DNA of 64,000 nucleotides from Rhodospirillales bacterium (GTDB lineage: Bacteria; Pseudomonadota; Alphaproteobacteria; Bin95), in assembly GCA_038143065.1 (NCBI GenBank), contig JAYQLI010000035.1, forward strand, positions 1,248,894 through 1,312,893, in the 5' to 3' direction. The notes beneath the pieces are model-generated. The model had not been told where the DNA came from. It did no database searches and saw only the letters and a list, made by a program, of their open reading frames with translations. Shown here one piece after another: positions 1-11,147 of this stretch. Made by a program: the position numbers and the translations under genes. The stretch's first letter is position 1, and every line of letters begins with the position of its first letter.

Positions 1-711
1 GGCGTCGCTATCGGAGTTGCGCTTCTTCCCCAAATATCTCGTGAAACCAGAGCTGGAAACGATGTTTCAGCAAGAGCTACTCTCAATCGAGCTCAAGAGC
101 TTAGCCTGTGGTTAACTCTTCCAGCTGCCGCAACTGCAATTTCAATTCCAGAGACGCTTGTTAGCGCCCTCTTCGAACATGGAGCCTTTGATCGAGCTGA
201 TGCGCGCGCGACAGCCTTAGCGTTAGTAGCTTACGCGGCAGGGCTCCCAGCTTTTGTTTTAACGAAAACTCTAGTTCCCGCCTTTTTCGCGAGAGAAGAT
301 ACTAAGACGCCAGCTAAAGTAGCGGCGTTATCGGTAGTGGTGAATATTGCACTTGGGCTCATCCTTATGTGGCCCCTTGGGCATGTAGGCCTGGCACTTG
401 CAACTACATTTTCCAGCTGGCTTCAAACCATTTTTCTTAGTAGGCACCTGATGCAGCGGGGCTGGTTCACCCCTAATAAGCAAATGCCGAGGCGGATCAT
501 TGGTATGGTTGCAGCATCCGCAGTGATGGCCACAGCACTTCACTTTGCTGGCCCTCTGGTGCTTGAATATACTGGAATAACTCGACTTATTACTGCAATT
601 GGTCTCTGTCTTGCAGGAGCTCTATTCTATCTTATTTTGGCTCATTTAATTGGATCAGCTCGCATAGATGTCGCTATCGCAGAATTTCGTGGCCAAACGA
701 GTAAATCTTGA
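1..711 (+). CDS. murJ: Lipid II flippase MurJ (MviN), 3' part; truncated at window start
   Basis: The frame is open from base 1 (GVAIGVALLPQISR...FERGAF-like FEHGAFD...FFAREDTKTP...GLALAT). Hydrophobic MurJ C-terminal motifs, upstream of trpS as in Alphaproteobacteria. Confidence 0.92.
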   Translation, partial: GVAIGVALLPQISRETRAGNDVSARATLNRAQELSLWLTLPAAATAISIPETLVSALFEHGAFDRADARATALALVAYAAGLPAFVLTKTLVPAFFAREDTKTPAKVAALSVVVNIALGLILMWPLGHVGLALATTFSSWLQTIFLSRHLMQRGWFTPNKQMPRRIIGMVAASAVMATALHFAGPLVLEYTGITRLITAIGLCLAGALFYLILAHLIGSARIDVAIAEFRGQTSKS

Positions 712-776
712 CTGCGGCACACCTGCGGCCTGATAACAGCACTCTCGACCCTCAAGATTTCTAGAGTTCCAGCCCT

Positions 777-1778
777 ATGAAAAGAATATTCTCTGGCATG
801 CAGCCTACCGGGAACTTGCACCTTGGAAATTACTTGGGAGCAGTCCGCAACTGGGTTTCTTTACAGCGTGATTACGAATGCTTCTTCTGCATTGTGGACA
901 TGCATGCAATTACCGTTCCCCAAAACCCTACAGAACTTCAAAGGGCAACTCGAGAAGTCACGGCCGCTTATATTGCTTCTGGCGTCGATCCAAAGCGGTG
1001 TGCCATTTATCACCAATCTGCGCTCGGAGGTTATCACGCTGAACTTTCCTGGATCTTAGGCACGATTACACCTTTAGGCTGGCTAAACAGAATGACGCAA
1101 TTTAAGGAAAAAGCTGGCAAGCGAAGAGAGCAAGCAAGTCTTGGCCTCTTTGGCTACCCCGTACTTATGGCAGCAGATATCCTTCTCTATCATGCAACCC
1201 ACGTTCCAGTTGGCGAGGACCAAAAACAACACTTAGAGCTAGCCCGCGATATAGCAGGGGCTTTCAATAATCAATTTGAAGAAGATTTCTTTCCGTTGCC
1301 AGAACCTCAAATATTTGGCGAAGCAACTCGGGTAATGAGTTTGCGTGACGGAACTTCAAAGATGAGTAAGTCTGATACATCAGACCAATCACGCATTAAC
1401 TTAACCGACGATGCCGACGCAATCGCGCAAAAAATTAAACGAGCAAAAACTGACCCAGAAATGTTGCCCGAACAGATAGAAGGCCTTGAAGGACGGCATG
1501 AAGCTGCAAACTTGGTAGGGATCTACGCAGCTCTCTCAGACAAAACAACTTCAGAAGTGCTCTCTGAATTTGGTGGTAAAGGATTTGGGCAGTTCAAGCC
1601 TGCACTTGCAGATCTTGCCGTGTCTGTACTGTCACCAATCACTAGCGAAATGCGCCGTCTACTCGCTGATCCGGCAGAGATCGATCTTATGATTGCTGAT
1701 GGTGCTACTCGCGCGCGAACTGTCGCCGAACCAATTTTAAAACGAACTAAAGAACTAGTCGGGTTCCTCGAAGTTTAA
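777..1778 (+). CDS. trpS: Tryptophan--tRNA ligase
   Basis: [16 protein letters not shown] (HIGH-like), [10 protein letters not shown] and KMSKS motifs. Confidence 0.98.
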   Translation: MKRIFSGMQPTGNLHLGNYLGAVRNWVSLQRDYECFFCIVDMHAITVPQNPTELQRATREVTAAYIASGVDPKRCAIYHQSALGGYHAELSWILGTITPLGWLNRMTQFKEKAGKRREQASLGLFGYPVLMAADILLYHATHVPVGEDQKQHLELARDIAGAFNNQFEEDFFPLPEPQIFGEATRVMSLRDGTSKMSKSDTSDQSRINLTDDADAIAQKIKRAKTDPEMLPEQIEGLEGRHEAANLVGIYAALSDKTTSEVLSEFGGKGFGQFKPALADLAVSVLSPITSEMRRLLADPAEIDLMIADGATRARTVAEPILKRTKELVGFLEV

Positions 1779-1797
1779 AAAATTACAGATTTAGTGT

Positions 1798-2819
1798 TCA
1801 CGCCATTCCTTTGTCGAGTTCAGCTCTTGTTCCCATATTCGAATGACAATCAGCTGCTGCGCGCAGAACATGGACGGCAAGCGCTGCTCCCGCGCCTTCG
1901 CCTACGTTGATTCCCAATTCGAGGATCGGAGGGGCTTCATATAGTTCTGTTAAGCGCTGATCGGCAGCGGATGTTCCAACATGGCCAAGAATACAGTGGC
2001 GAGATCCACCAGGCACCTGCTTTTCCACTACAGCTGCTGCGGCCGCAGGTATTAACCCATCTAGGATCACAGGAACTCGTCCCATTCGGGCAGCCACTAT
2101 TGCTCCTGCCATTGCCGCAATTTCAAGGCCACCTAACCTAGCAAGAAGCTGGAAGGCCGACGTGCCAGATTTACTATGCAATAAGACACCCTCTGAGGCA
2201 GCATTAGCTTTATTTTTCTTAAGATCCCCTTCTTCCGCCAGCCAATCAGATGGATCTTCTTCATAAAACGCCGCAAATAAAGCCGCTGCTGCTACATCCC
2301 CTCCAACACCGACTTGACCAAGGACAATCGCATCAACTCCCTGCTCTACCGCCATCATTCCGTAAGCCATTGCTTTTGCACATTCTGCATCAGTCATAGC
2401 GGGGGATTTAGTGAAGTCAGCAGTTGGGGAGTCCAAGGCAAGCTCGAACACACGCAGGTCAGCATCAAGCACTTGTGAAATTGAATTTACCGCACCTAAA
2501 CCAGCACTGTATCCTGCAACTTTTTTGCAGTTGCTTTACCAGTCCGAGAGGATATCTCGCGAGATAAAGCTATTCCGTGATTACCGGCAAAAATGCATAC
2601 TGCTGGTCTCTCTAGTTTTGGAGGATGGCGAGCTTGCCAAGTTGCAAGCCACTCAGCCAGTGCCTCCAGACGTCCGAGGCCTCCTTTGGGCTTAGCAATG
2701 AGCCTATCACGCTCGAGAACTTTAGTGGCGCTTTCCAAGTCAGGTCCTGGAAACTCTCGAACTAAAGCTGCTATTTCATCAAGCGAAACTTCGGGCTCCG
2801 CACCATTGCTAGTTGACAT
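1798..2819 (-). CDS. cobT: Nicotinate-nucleotide--dimethylbenzimidazole phosphoribosyltransferase (CobT-like); split by a frameshift near 2500, divergent active-site motifs
   Basis: KPKGGLGRLE, FAGNHG, LGGLEIAAMAGA, VILDG and GEGAGAALA motifs spread over ORFs 2496-2819 and 1798-2472. Confidence 0.85.
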
Positions 2820-2875
2820 AAGCTATGATCCTCATTCGCGCAGACTTCATTTTAATCATATAGTAGGGGTTAGGG

Positions 2876-3496
2876 ATGACGACGACACACTTTTGGTGGC
2901 TGCGGCACGCACGTGTAGTTGATAATGGTGGACTTATCTACGGCGGCGCCGAAATTGATGCCGATACAAGCCATAAACCTACATACGAAGCTTTAGCAAG
3001 ATTATTGCCTAAATCTGCAACCTTCATTTGCTCCAATTTGTCACGAACAGCCCAAACGCTTGCGGCCGTGCGCGAACAGGGGCGACATGACATCCCAAGC
3101 CACATCCCTACTGATGAGCGGTTAAACGAGCAATCCCTTGGAGATTGGCATGGTCAGCCAATTCAGAGTGTTTTTCCCCACGGAGGACCTTGGCCGCACT
3201 TTTGGATGTTAAATGCCAACGAGCGTGCTCCTGGCGGGGAGAGTTTTGCAGACTTGTGTGCTCGAGTGACCCCGGCCATTCACGAAATGGCTGAAACTTA
3301 TGCGGGCGCTAATATAGTGGTGGGAGCTCACGGGGGAACAATCCGCGCAGCCATTGCTTTAGCTCTCAACCTTCAGCCGTCAGCTGCCCTGGCCTTCAGC
3401 ATAGAAAATTGTTCGATCACGCGCATAGATCACTTAAAAAGATCTAACTCTCAACAAGCTTGGCGTGTCTCTGGGACAAACTTACCTCCATGCTAA
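2876..3496 (+). CDS. Histidine phosphatase family protein (CobC/alpha-ribazole phosphatase-like)
   Basis: LRHA, SNLSRTAQT, EQSLGDW, PGGES and AHGGTIR motifs; divergent from cobT. Confidence 0.85.
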   Translation: MTTTHFWWLRHARVVDNGGLIYGGAEIDADTSHKPTYEALARLLPKSATFICSNLSRTAQTLAAVREQGRHDIPSHIPTDERLNEQSLGDWHGQPIQSVFPHGGPWPHFWMLNANERAPGGESFADLCARVTPAIHEMAETYAGANIVVGAHGGTIRAAIALALNLQPSAALAFSIENCSITRIDHLKRSNSQQAWRVSGTNLPPC

Positions 3497-4708
3497 ACGC
3501 TGCCAATCATTGTCTGATTGAGAAGCGGCATTTTCTGCGTCATATGCGAACAGCCATTCTTGACCGGGCGGAAATCCATCGCCAATGCTCGTCTGCATAG
3601 AAGTGAAGCGTTGGTTTCGCCTTTGTATTTGCTGTTCATCCGACATATGAAATAAATTCTGTGCAGCACGACTGGCTTCCTGGACTTTGTCAGTCCTCGT
3701 TTTACGGATCGTCTGATAAGTTCTAAGCGCATCATCAATATTAGGAGCCAAAACTAGTCGACGAGCTAAAACCCAGGCGTCTTCAATGGATTGGGCAGCA
3801 CCTTGAGCATGATAAGGAAGCATGGCATGGGCAGAGTCACCAATTAAAACCGTCCTTCCTCGCACCCAATTATCCAGTGACTTTCTATCAAAGAGAGCCC
3901 ATTTATGAGGGGGCTCAGATCCCTTTATCAAGCCACGAATCATTGGATGCCATCCCTCGTATTCGTTTAAGGCTGCCTCGGTTGTGCCTTGCGCAGTCCA
4001 ACTTTCTCTAGTGTCCCCATCTGATGGCCCAATGCCAATCCAGTTGAGCAAATCACCTCCGGAAACATAGTAAATGACCATGCTGCGGTTTGGGCCCAAC
4101 CAAATATAACTATCTTTTTCAAAGCCAAGCCTCTGAGCGGTTGAGGCGGGTGTTAACCCTCGCCAGGCCATGCACCCAGAAAATTGCGGCGGTTCAGGCT
4201 CGAAAAGTTCTTCCCTTATTGCACTTTTGACACCATCGGCAGCCACAAGAATATCACCCTGAATAATCTCGCCATCCTCAATTTTTGCCCAAGGTTGGTC
4301 CCCGTTCTGTCCGGTTTCAACTACACAAACAGACATCCTAACACGTGGATCCTCTCCAATTTCATCAAGAATTGCTCTCAGAAGGTCGGCTCGATGGGCA
4401 TGAAGATAAGGCTGACCAAAAGCTTCAAGGGCCGCATCTCCCAAGGGAGTAGTTAATAATGGGCGACCGGTTTCCCAATCGACAAACCTATGGCACCTAG
4501 GTTGAACTGTTCTTGGGGCTAAACGCCTTAAAATTCCCAAATAATGAAGCGTTCGTGTAGCATTTGGGCTTAGCTGAATACCGGCGCCTACAGGTTTAAA
4601 TTCCGCAGCCAGCTCTAAGAGCACATAGTCTAAACCCTGTGATCTAAGCGCTAAAGCAAGAGCCAAACCTGCAACACCACCCCCTACAATCACAACGCGC
4701 ATCATCAA
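3482..4708 (-). CDS. FAD-dependent monooxygenase (salicylate hydroxylase / 6-hydroxynicotinate 3-monooxygenase-like)
   Basis: GGGVAG dinucleotide motif, ADGVKS and GDSAHAMLPYHAQGAAQSIEDA. Confidence 0.9.
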   Translation of the reverse strand: MMMRVVIVGGGVAGLALALALRSQGLDYVLLELAAEFKPVGAGIQLSPNATRTLHYLGILRRLAPRTVQPRCHRFVDWETGRPLLTTPLGDAALEAFGQPYLHAHRADLLRAILDEIGEDPRVRMSVCVVETGQNGDQPWAKIEDGEIIQGDILVAADGVKSAIREELFEPEPPQFSGCMAWRGLTPASTAQRLGFEKDSYIWLGPNRSMVIYYVSGGDLLNWIGIGPSDGDTRESWTAQGTTEAALNEYEGWHPMIRGLIKGSEPPHKWALFDRKSLDNWVRGRTVLIGDSAHAMLPYHAQGAAQSIEDAWVLARRLVLAPNIDDALRTYQTIRKTRTDKVQEASRAAQNLFHMSDEQQIQRRNQRFTSMQTSIGDGFPPGQEWLFAYDAENAASQSDNDWQRLAWR

Positions 4709-4831
4709 AATCCCAAATAATTATAAGACTATGCAAAACAATCATAGCAGACCTTTAGTCAGTCGCATTGACCACACAAAAAAGCCTAATATCTTGAGCG
4801 CAATTTTGAGAAATAAAAAATTGCGGCCATC

Positions 4832-5398
4832 ATGACTTTAAGCCCCGAAACAGAACGACACCTGATCCATACGCGTCAAGTTGAATGCCGTGGATACGCA
4901 CGTGATGATGGTCTTTGGGATATTGAGGGAACTCTTGTTGATTTGAAAACCTACCCTTTTGAGAATTCTTGGCGAGGACTTGTGGAGGTTGGTTCTCCCG
5001 TTCATGAAATGACAATCAGAATTACGGTTGACGACCGGCTCAATATTATTGAGGCCGAAGCCTTTACTCGGAACAGTCCCTATGAAGTTTGTCCTTCCGC
5101 ATCCTGGGGCTTCAAACGCCTCAAGGGGCTTCGAATTAAAGGCGGCTGGATGAATCAAGTTAAAGAGCGCTATGGGGGAGCTAAAGGCTGCACTCATTTA
5201 TTAGAAATGCTGTACCCAGTTGGCACCACCGCCTTCCAGACAGTTTTTGCTTATCGAGAGCAAAATTTGCGCAAGCAAGGAATGTCAGAATCTGAAGCTT
5301 TACGCCGCAAAGGCCCGCCGCCAAATTCTTGCTATGCTTTCGCGGATGAAAGCCCAATCATGAGGCGTAAAAATACAACCGCTGTACAACCAGATTAG
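4832..5398 (+). CDS. DUF2889-family protein
   Basis: HTRQVECRGYARDDGLWDIEG...HEMTIRITVD...CP...GCTHLLE pattern. Confidence 0.75.
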   Translation: MTLSPETERHLIHTRQVECRGYARDDGLWDIEGTLVDLKTYPFENSWRGLVEVGSPVHEMTIRITVDDRLNIIEAEAFTRNSPYEVCPSASWGFKRLKGLRIKGGWMNQVKERYGGAKGCTHLLEMLYPVGTTAFQTVFAYREQNLRKQGMSESEALRRKGPPPNSCYAFADESPIMRRKNTTAVQPD

Positions 5399-5408
5399 GA
5401 AAGAGATT

Positions 5409-5624
5409 ATGACCCCATCAGAATTTGCCCGCTCTGAGTTATCTGGATTTCTTGAAAAGGTTGATGCGGGCAACATGGATAAAGCGGCCATAATCAGAGC
5501 TTTATTAGACGCAGCCGCAGAGGCTTTGGTCGAAATTACAAGCGTGGAAGACACGCAGAATGAACTCTCTTTTATCGCTAACAATATTAGTGGTGATGAA
5601 GACTACTCATTTATGCGCCCTTAA
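5409..5624 (+). CDS. Small acidic hypothetical protein (71 aa)
   Basis: AGGA RBS-like element upstream; follows DUF2889 closely; ends EDYSFMRP. Confidence 0.65.
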   Translation: MTPSEFARSELSGFLEKVDAGNMDKAAIIRALLDAAAEALVEITSVEDTQNELSFIANNISGDEDYSFMRP

Positions 5625-6387
5625 CAGATGAGTGCCTTTGGTCAACGATCTTTCGAACGAGGTACAAGTCAGATACTTTGTCTACATCAATCGCAGCTTC
5701 GGCTATTGGCATCCTAATTGCTACAGCTTTAACACCGATCTTTTTTGATAGCCGCTCCATGGCCTTATCAAGAGTAAGACGCCTGAGGGCGTAAAGAGCA
5801 AAGGCCCAGACGTCCACAGACTTAAGAAATACCCATGGCCTTTTCCGATTACGATCAATCTTATGCCAAAAATCCAAAGCACCAGTTGCGTTGGAAGTTG
5901 CAAGAGCAAAAAGATTGCAGCCTGAATACCCTCCCTCTGCGAATTTAATGTACGTTCGTTTAACATCAGGATACGCCGAACTCACCACATCTTTGGAAGC
6001 AAGAGCCACAGAGACCTCAGCGCGTGTTTCCGTGGATTTTTCGAGAAATATTTCCACCATCTCTGCAGTCAGAAGGGCATGGTCCCCAGTGACAACAAGA
6101 AGAGGTGCCCCCACTTTCTCTAGTATATCGCGAACTGTATCGACTACTCGCTCAGAGGCTTTCAGCACTTCTGGTTTTGGTTTGATTTCGTCAACAAGAT
6201 CTAGATTTTCAACAGAGACTAGGACCCGGCCAATAGTCGGAGCTTCATTAAGGGCGATGATCACTCTTTGAAGGGAAGACAGACCATTAATATCGACTAG
6301 GTTCTTGTTACTAACCTTCTCTGAAATGGCTAATGGATCGCCTGGGCGGCTTGCAGCTAGCACTAAGGCCGTCCACTTTTGCCTCAC
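5611..6387 (-). CDS. MobA/NTP_transf_3-like nucleotidyltransferase (sphingolipid-cluster type)
   Basis: ALVLAASRP.DPLA...K.L, LVVTGDHALLT, YSGCNLF and AAIDVDKVSD motifs; 4-bp overlap with the bCerS-like gene. Confidence 0.8.
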   Translation of the reverse strand: MRQKWTALVLAASRPGDPLAISEKVSNKNLVDINGLSSLQRVIIALNEAPTIGRVLVSVENLDLVDEIKPKPEVLKASERVVDTVRDILEKVGAPLLVVTGDHALLTAEMVEIFLEKSTETRAEVSVALASKDVVSSAYPDVKRTYIKFAEGGYSGCNLFALATSNATGALDFWHKIDRNRKRPWVFLKSVDVWAFALYALRRLTLDKAMERLSKKIGVKAVAIRMPIAEAAIDVDKVSDLYLVRKIVDQRHSSVKGA

Positions 6388-7540
6388 GTTAGATCCTTTC
6401 GGAAAATTCTATATGTTTTATAAAGCTCTGCGCCACCAAACTCGGCAATGCGTCGCATCGGCTCATTGGTATCCAAAACCCATGACAACTCCATACGCTG
6501 GTAACCCTTGCGGCGATGCACTTCAATCAACGCATTCACCAATGCCATACTGATCACTGGGCCAAGTGCGATGTCAGCTTGGCACGCTTTATTTACTCCC
6601 ATCAACAACACCCTGGAGGACTTCACACCAACAACTTTAAGACGCCATAAAAAGCGTAAAATACCTAGCTTTTTTGCACCATTTAGTCCTGCGAGCGCTT
6701 CATTAACGTTAGGCAAGCTCACGGCCATTCCCACCGGACGGCCTGCAATTTCAGCAATCAATATCAATTCATAATCAGCAATAGCCCTCAAACCGTGGGC
6801 AAACGCATTAATCTCCCTTTTGACATTGGGACATATCCCCAATTGTCGGACCACGCATCATTGAATATGTCTAAAATAGCAGACAGATCTTGCTTAAATT
6901 TTTTCTTATCGAATGGGCGTAAAATAGCTCCATCAATAGAAAGAAACTTCTTAGCAAAAGTGGAAAGGCGGCTCGATGATCCTCCAGAAGGGTCATAGAT
7001 GTATGAAAGCAGGTCTTTCTCCGGTTGATAACCAGCCGCCAAAATATGCTCTTGGGACCAAGTCGGATCGTGCCCCATCATAATCATAGGTGGCGTGTTA
7101 AAACCATCCACAAGAAGACCCGACTCTTCATTAATCGAAAGGGTGAACGGTCCAATCGCTGAAACCACCTTTTTACTTGCCAGCCAATCTTCCGCCTGCA
7201 CTAACAGTCTTTTGTATAATTCTGCATCGTTAGCTCCAATTATGAAGCCAAAGTGACCTTCGCTGTTGCTGTACCTTTTCTGGTGAACATTGTTGACCTG
7301 CGCCGAAATACGGCCCACAGGGTTTCCAGCGCCATCTAATGCAACCCAGAACGCTGCCTCCCCGTTGCCATAAAATGGATGCCTACTGGCATCCAAGCGC
7401 TGAGCCACTTCCATTTCTAACGGAGCGACAAAATTAGGGTCACTCGACATAACGAATTTTGGAACGTCGAGAAAAGCTCGCCTTTCCCGTTTTCCTATAA
7501 CTGGGAGGATGCGGACATCCTGCAAACTCAGCTCCCACAA
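6384..7540 (-). CDS. Bacterial ceramide synthase (bCerS/YghO-like GNAT); frameshift near 6820
   Basis: DPNFVAPL, VGRISAQ, GHFGF, GPFTLSINEESGLLVDGFNTPPMIMMGH, FNDAWSDNWGYVP, LPNVNE, ELSWVLDTNEPM and YKTYRIF motifs across two ORFs joined at an A-run. Confidence 0.8.
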
Positions 7541-7968
7541 GAGTTTAAAAATCGATGTATTAAACCAAGGTCATGGCAGGGTAAATGAAGAACACAGCCT
7601 CAAACAGTGAAAGGGCCGCATTAGTATTAAGAACATATCGTATGGCAGTTAGGGCAGTCTCAATTATTTAATCCATTATGCATGATGCCAGAAAATCCAG
7701 CCACTCGATAAGATAAACAATTCTGAAAATATGAAAGTCTTCCATTATTAGGTAGACTTATGCTGATAAGTGAGTGAAAACGCGGCACTTACGTTGGCTG
7801 TTGAGAAGCGGTCAAAATGATTTTTCAGCCGTCAAAAAAAGTTTGACCTGGCGAGAGGAAAATGATCACCACAGTTAACTGCCCGAAGGTGAGCGACAGG
7901 GCAAAAGAAAATCAAGTGAGTTTTAAAGGGATGCATCCCAGCGGAATGATACAACGATTGTTGAGATA

Positions 7969-9132
7969 ATGGACCGGATTGATCGTTACATTTTAGCTCT
8001 ACTGATACCTCCATTCTTAGCCGCGTTAGCTGGAGCAATGCTGCTCCTTATGCTGGAGAGAATGATTAGAGTTGTTGAACTCGTTGGCGAGCATAATGGC
8101 TCTATTAGCTATGTCTTCGACATCATGATCAGCTTAATTCCACACTATCTTGGCCTTGCTATTCCTGCGGCACTTTTCGTGGCCTGCTTTGTCGCTTTCC
8201 GACGGCTCGCAAATACAAGCGAACTAGACGCTTCAGCCAGTATAGGAAGAGGACTGGGCCGTCTGGCGCGTCCAGCGTTCTTTTTTGCCGTTCTACTCAC
8301 CCTAATTTCAAGCCTGGTGCATAGCAATCTCCAGCCACATGGGCGTTTTGAGTATAGGACCCTTAAATTCCATCTTGCTAATTCCTCTATTACAGAGGCT
8401 CTTCAATCAGGTAATTTTGCCGAATTTGGCGATATTACCTTTATCGTTGAAAGTGGGCGCTTGGGTGATGTTGGATTTGGAAAGGTTTTTGTTCATCAGC
8501 GAGGGTCGAATGGATCCAGTCGAACCATTACATCCCAAAAAGCTACAGTAATTGAAAATCAGGCCAACGGGGATATCGCTATAGGCCTTGAAGAAGGGCA
8601 ATTATTAGACGAAAGCCCTGATGGTCAGCTTGCTGTAATTTCGTTTAGAAATCTCGATTGGCCAATCGACAGGAAACTTCTTGGTTCATACAAACCTCGA
8701 GGTTGGATTGAGTCAGAGTTAACATGGCCAGAATTATTAGCTGCAATTGAAACTGGTTCTACACTCCTCTCTGCCGATCGCATTGAATCAGAATTAAATG
8801 CTCGTATGGCAAGAGCATTCACATGTCTTTTAATTCCACTACTTGCTATACCGCTTGCAATAGCTGGAAGGCGCAAACGCTCTGTTTCATCCATAGCAAT
8901 TGGCGTCATCACTTTGCTTGTATATGTCCAAAGCTTAAAGTTTGTTGAGGAGACGGCGGATTTAGGCACTATTCCTCCAGCTTTATCGATTTGGTCACTG
9001 TACAGCGCTCTACTTTGTTTTTCCCTTTTTATCTTCATTCGGGCTTGGCGTGGTGTAGGTTTTGAAATCATACCCTATTTGCCCGCTGTAAAACTTTTAG
9101 CCAGAAAATCTCAAGTTGAGAGGCCAACATGA
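7969..9132 (+). CDS. lptF: LptF-like (YjgP/YjgQ family) permease
   Basis: IDRYIL...PF, 3 TM, L..TSELDA, periplasmic domain, then 3 TM. Confidence 0.85.
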   Translation: MDRIDRYILALLIPPFLAALAGAMLLLMLERMIRVVELVGEHNGSISYVFDIMISLIPHYLGLAIPAALFVACFVAFRRLANTSELDASASIGRGLGRLARPAFFFAVLLTLISSLVHSNLQPHGRFEYRTLKFHLANSSITEALQSGNFAEFGDITFIVESGRLGDVGFGKVFVHQRGSNGSSRTITSQKATVIENQANGDIAIGLEEGQLLDESPDGQLAVISFRNLDWPIDRKLLGSYKPRGWIESELTWPELLAAIETGSTLLSADRIESELNARMARAFTCLLIPLLAIPLAIAGRRKRSVSSIAIGVITLLVYVQSLKFVEETADLGTIPPALSIWSLYSALLCFSLFIFIRAWRGVGFEIIPYLPAVKLLARKSQVERPT

Positions 9133-10180
9133 TTGGGCATCTTGACCGTTATCTCCTATCAAGGGTTACAGTTAGCTTTATTATTGTGTTTGTGAGTATT
9201 GCAGGTTTAGCGATATCCCTGGATATACTCTCAAACGCTGATAAGGCTGCTCAAGCAGGTGGTGTGCTGACTTACGTTTCTGCACGGCTCCCCATTCTGA
9301 CTCTAAAACTAGCTCCAATAACAGGACTTTTAGCAGCATTGATTTCTTTATTGGGTCTTTCAAGGTCTGGCGAACTAGCGGCAGCCGGTGCATTGGGAGC
9401 CAGCCAAGTTCGGACTATCAGGGCTCTGTCACCAATAGCCTTCGCTATAGCTGGATTGATATTTGTTGTAAGTGAATTTGCTGTTCCCCCGGCTGCACAA
9501 ACTCTTCGTGCAATGGGTTTAGAACCTTTTGCAAGAATAGCCCAACCAACCGATGCCATCTGGCTACGGGATGGCCTTGATATCGTCCGTATCGAAAAAG
9601 TGTCGGATAATGAAACAAAAATTGAGAATATAACAATTTTCAAACGCTCTGGCGCGGGACAACTAACCTTTGAAATTCAGGCACATAAAGCAATAAAAAA
9701 AAGAAGACAGCTGGCAGCTACAAAACGCTGAGATTCTAGATTTGAGCGACCAGAGCAAGAAAGTGGTAGATATAGTAAAATGGTCTCCAGCAATTCTTGT
9801 TGGCTCATTTGCCTCCCTAGCCTCACATCCTTCCGAGCTAACTCTCAAAGAATTGCAGTCTCTCGCTAATGCCATCAGTATTAGTCCAAAACCAAAGTAC
9901 TATTACGACCACTGGATACAGCTACGGTACTCGGCACCATTTTCGTCCGCGTTAATGTTATTGCTGGCCATTCCGTTTGCAGGGCAAATGGCTCGTGGTC
10001 GGTCAGTTGCTACTCCTTTGGCCCTCGGCCTGCTAACGGGATTTGGGTTCTTTGTCTTTGAAAACCTTGCAACGGTAGCAGCTGAGTCTGGCGCCATTGG
10101 GCCCTACAGTGCGTGGGCCCCCCGTCGCCTTGCTTCTAATTTTGCTTAGTATGGTTAGCTTCAAGGAGCAGCCAGGATGA
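9129..10180 (+). CDS. lptG: LptG-like (YjgP/YjgQ family) permease; frameshifts near 9700 and 10120
   Basis: LDRYLL, LSRSGELAA..ALGAS, SEFAVP, IWLRDG. The frame can be restored at A8 (9694-9702) and at a C-run to end at TGA 10178-10180. Confidence 0.8.
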
Positions 10181-11147
10181 AGGCTACAAAAAATTTGGAG
10201 CCTTAGTAAATCTGGCAAGCCGCCGGAATTCAAGACAACCTCCAGACATTACCTATCTAAGATCACAAGGAATATTAGTAGAGACGCCTTCCTCTTTGGC
10301 AGAGCTCCACGCAGCCATAAATAGGCTGGGAGATGCAGGGCTTGACGTCCTTGCAGTTAGCGGTGGAGATGGAACAGTACTGTCAGCTCTTACCGCTATA
10401 CTGACAGGACAAGCTTTTGAGAGACAACCTATCCTCTGCCTTACTCCAGATGGCGCAACCAATATGACGGCGGCCGATATAGGTATTTCATCGGGTAAAA
10501 ATAATCTCAACCGTGCTTATAACTTAGCAAAGTCTGGCCAAGGTAAATTGGTCAAGCGGCAAACCATTCGTTTGGATGGTGTTATGGATAAAATGGGGGG
10601 CACTGATCCTCAAGTAGGGATGTTTTTTGGGGCTATCGGGATTTGCAGGGCCATAGAATTTTGCCGAGTGAATTTGCACCGTCATGGAATTGTTGGAAGC
10701 TCTGCATCTTGGCTAACATTATTGCCTTTGCTTCTGAAAAACTTGGTTTTTAATCCTTCAGATGGTGTTTTGGCCGGAGCTCCTTTGGTTATTCGCGGAA
10801 TGAACGATTTTGATCAACATCACAAATTAGACGGAAGCTATTCGGTTTTAATGGCTTCCACTCTAGAAAAGCTTACTCTTGGCGCTAAGCCATTCTGGGG
10901 CAATGGATCCGGCCTTCCATTGACTGCAGTCCAGGCACCGCCACCAAGACTTTTTGCTAATATTTTGCCCTTACTTTTTGGAAACACAAAACGACCCAAA
11001 AGCCCCGGTTACGAAAGTCTCAAAGATGAAAGTTATGAAATAACATATACCGGACAAGTCACTCTTGATGGAGAGCTTTATGAGGCCCACGCATCAAGAC
11101 CGATCCGACTATCATCCGGTGGAGAGGTCCAATTTTTGGTAGAATGA
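10177..11147 (+). CDS. Diacylglycerol/sphingosine kinase family protein (ceramide kinase CpgB-like); frameshift near 10190
   Basis: ATG overlaps the lptG stop (ATGA). Restored N-terminus has VNLASRRN; catalytic SGGDGT, GATNMTAAD and LDGE motifs. Confidence 0.8.
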
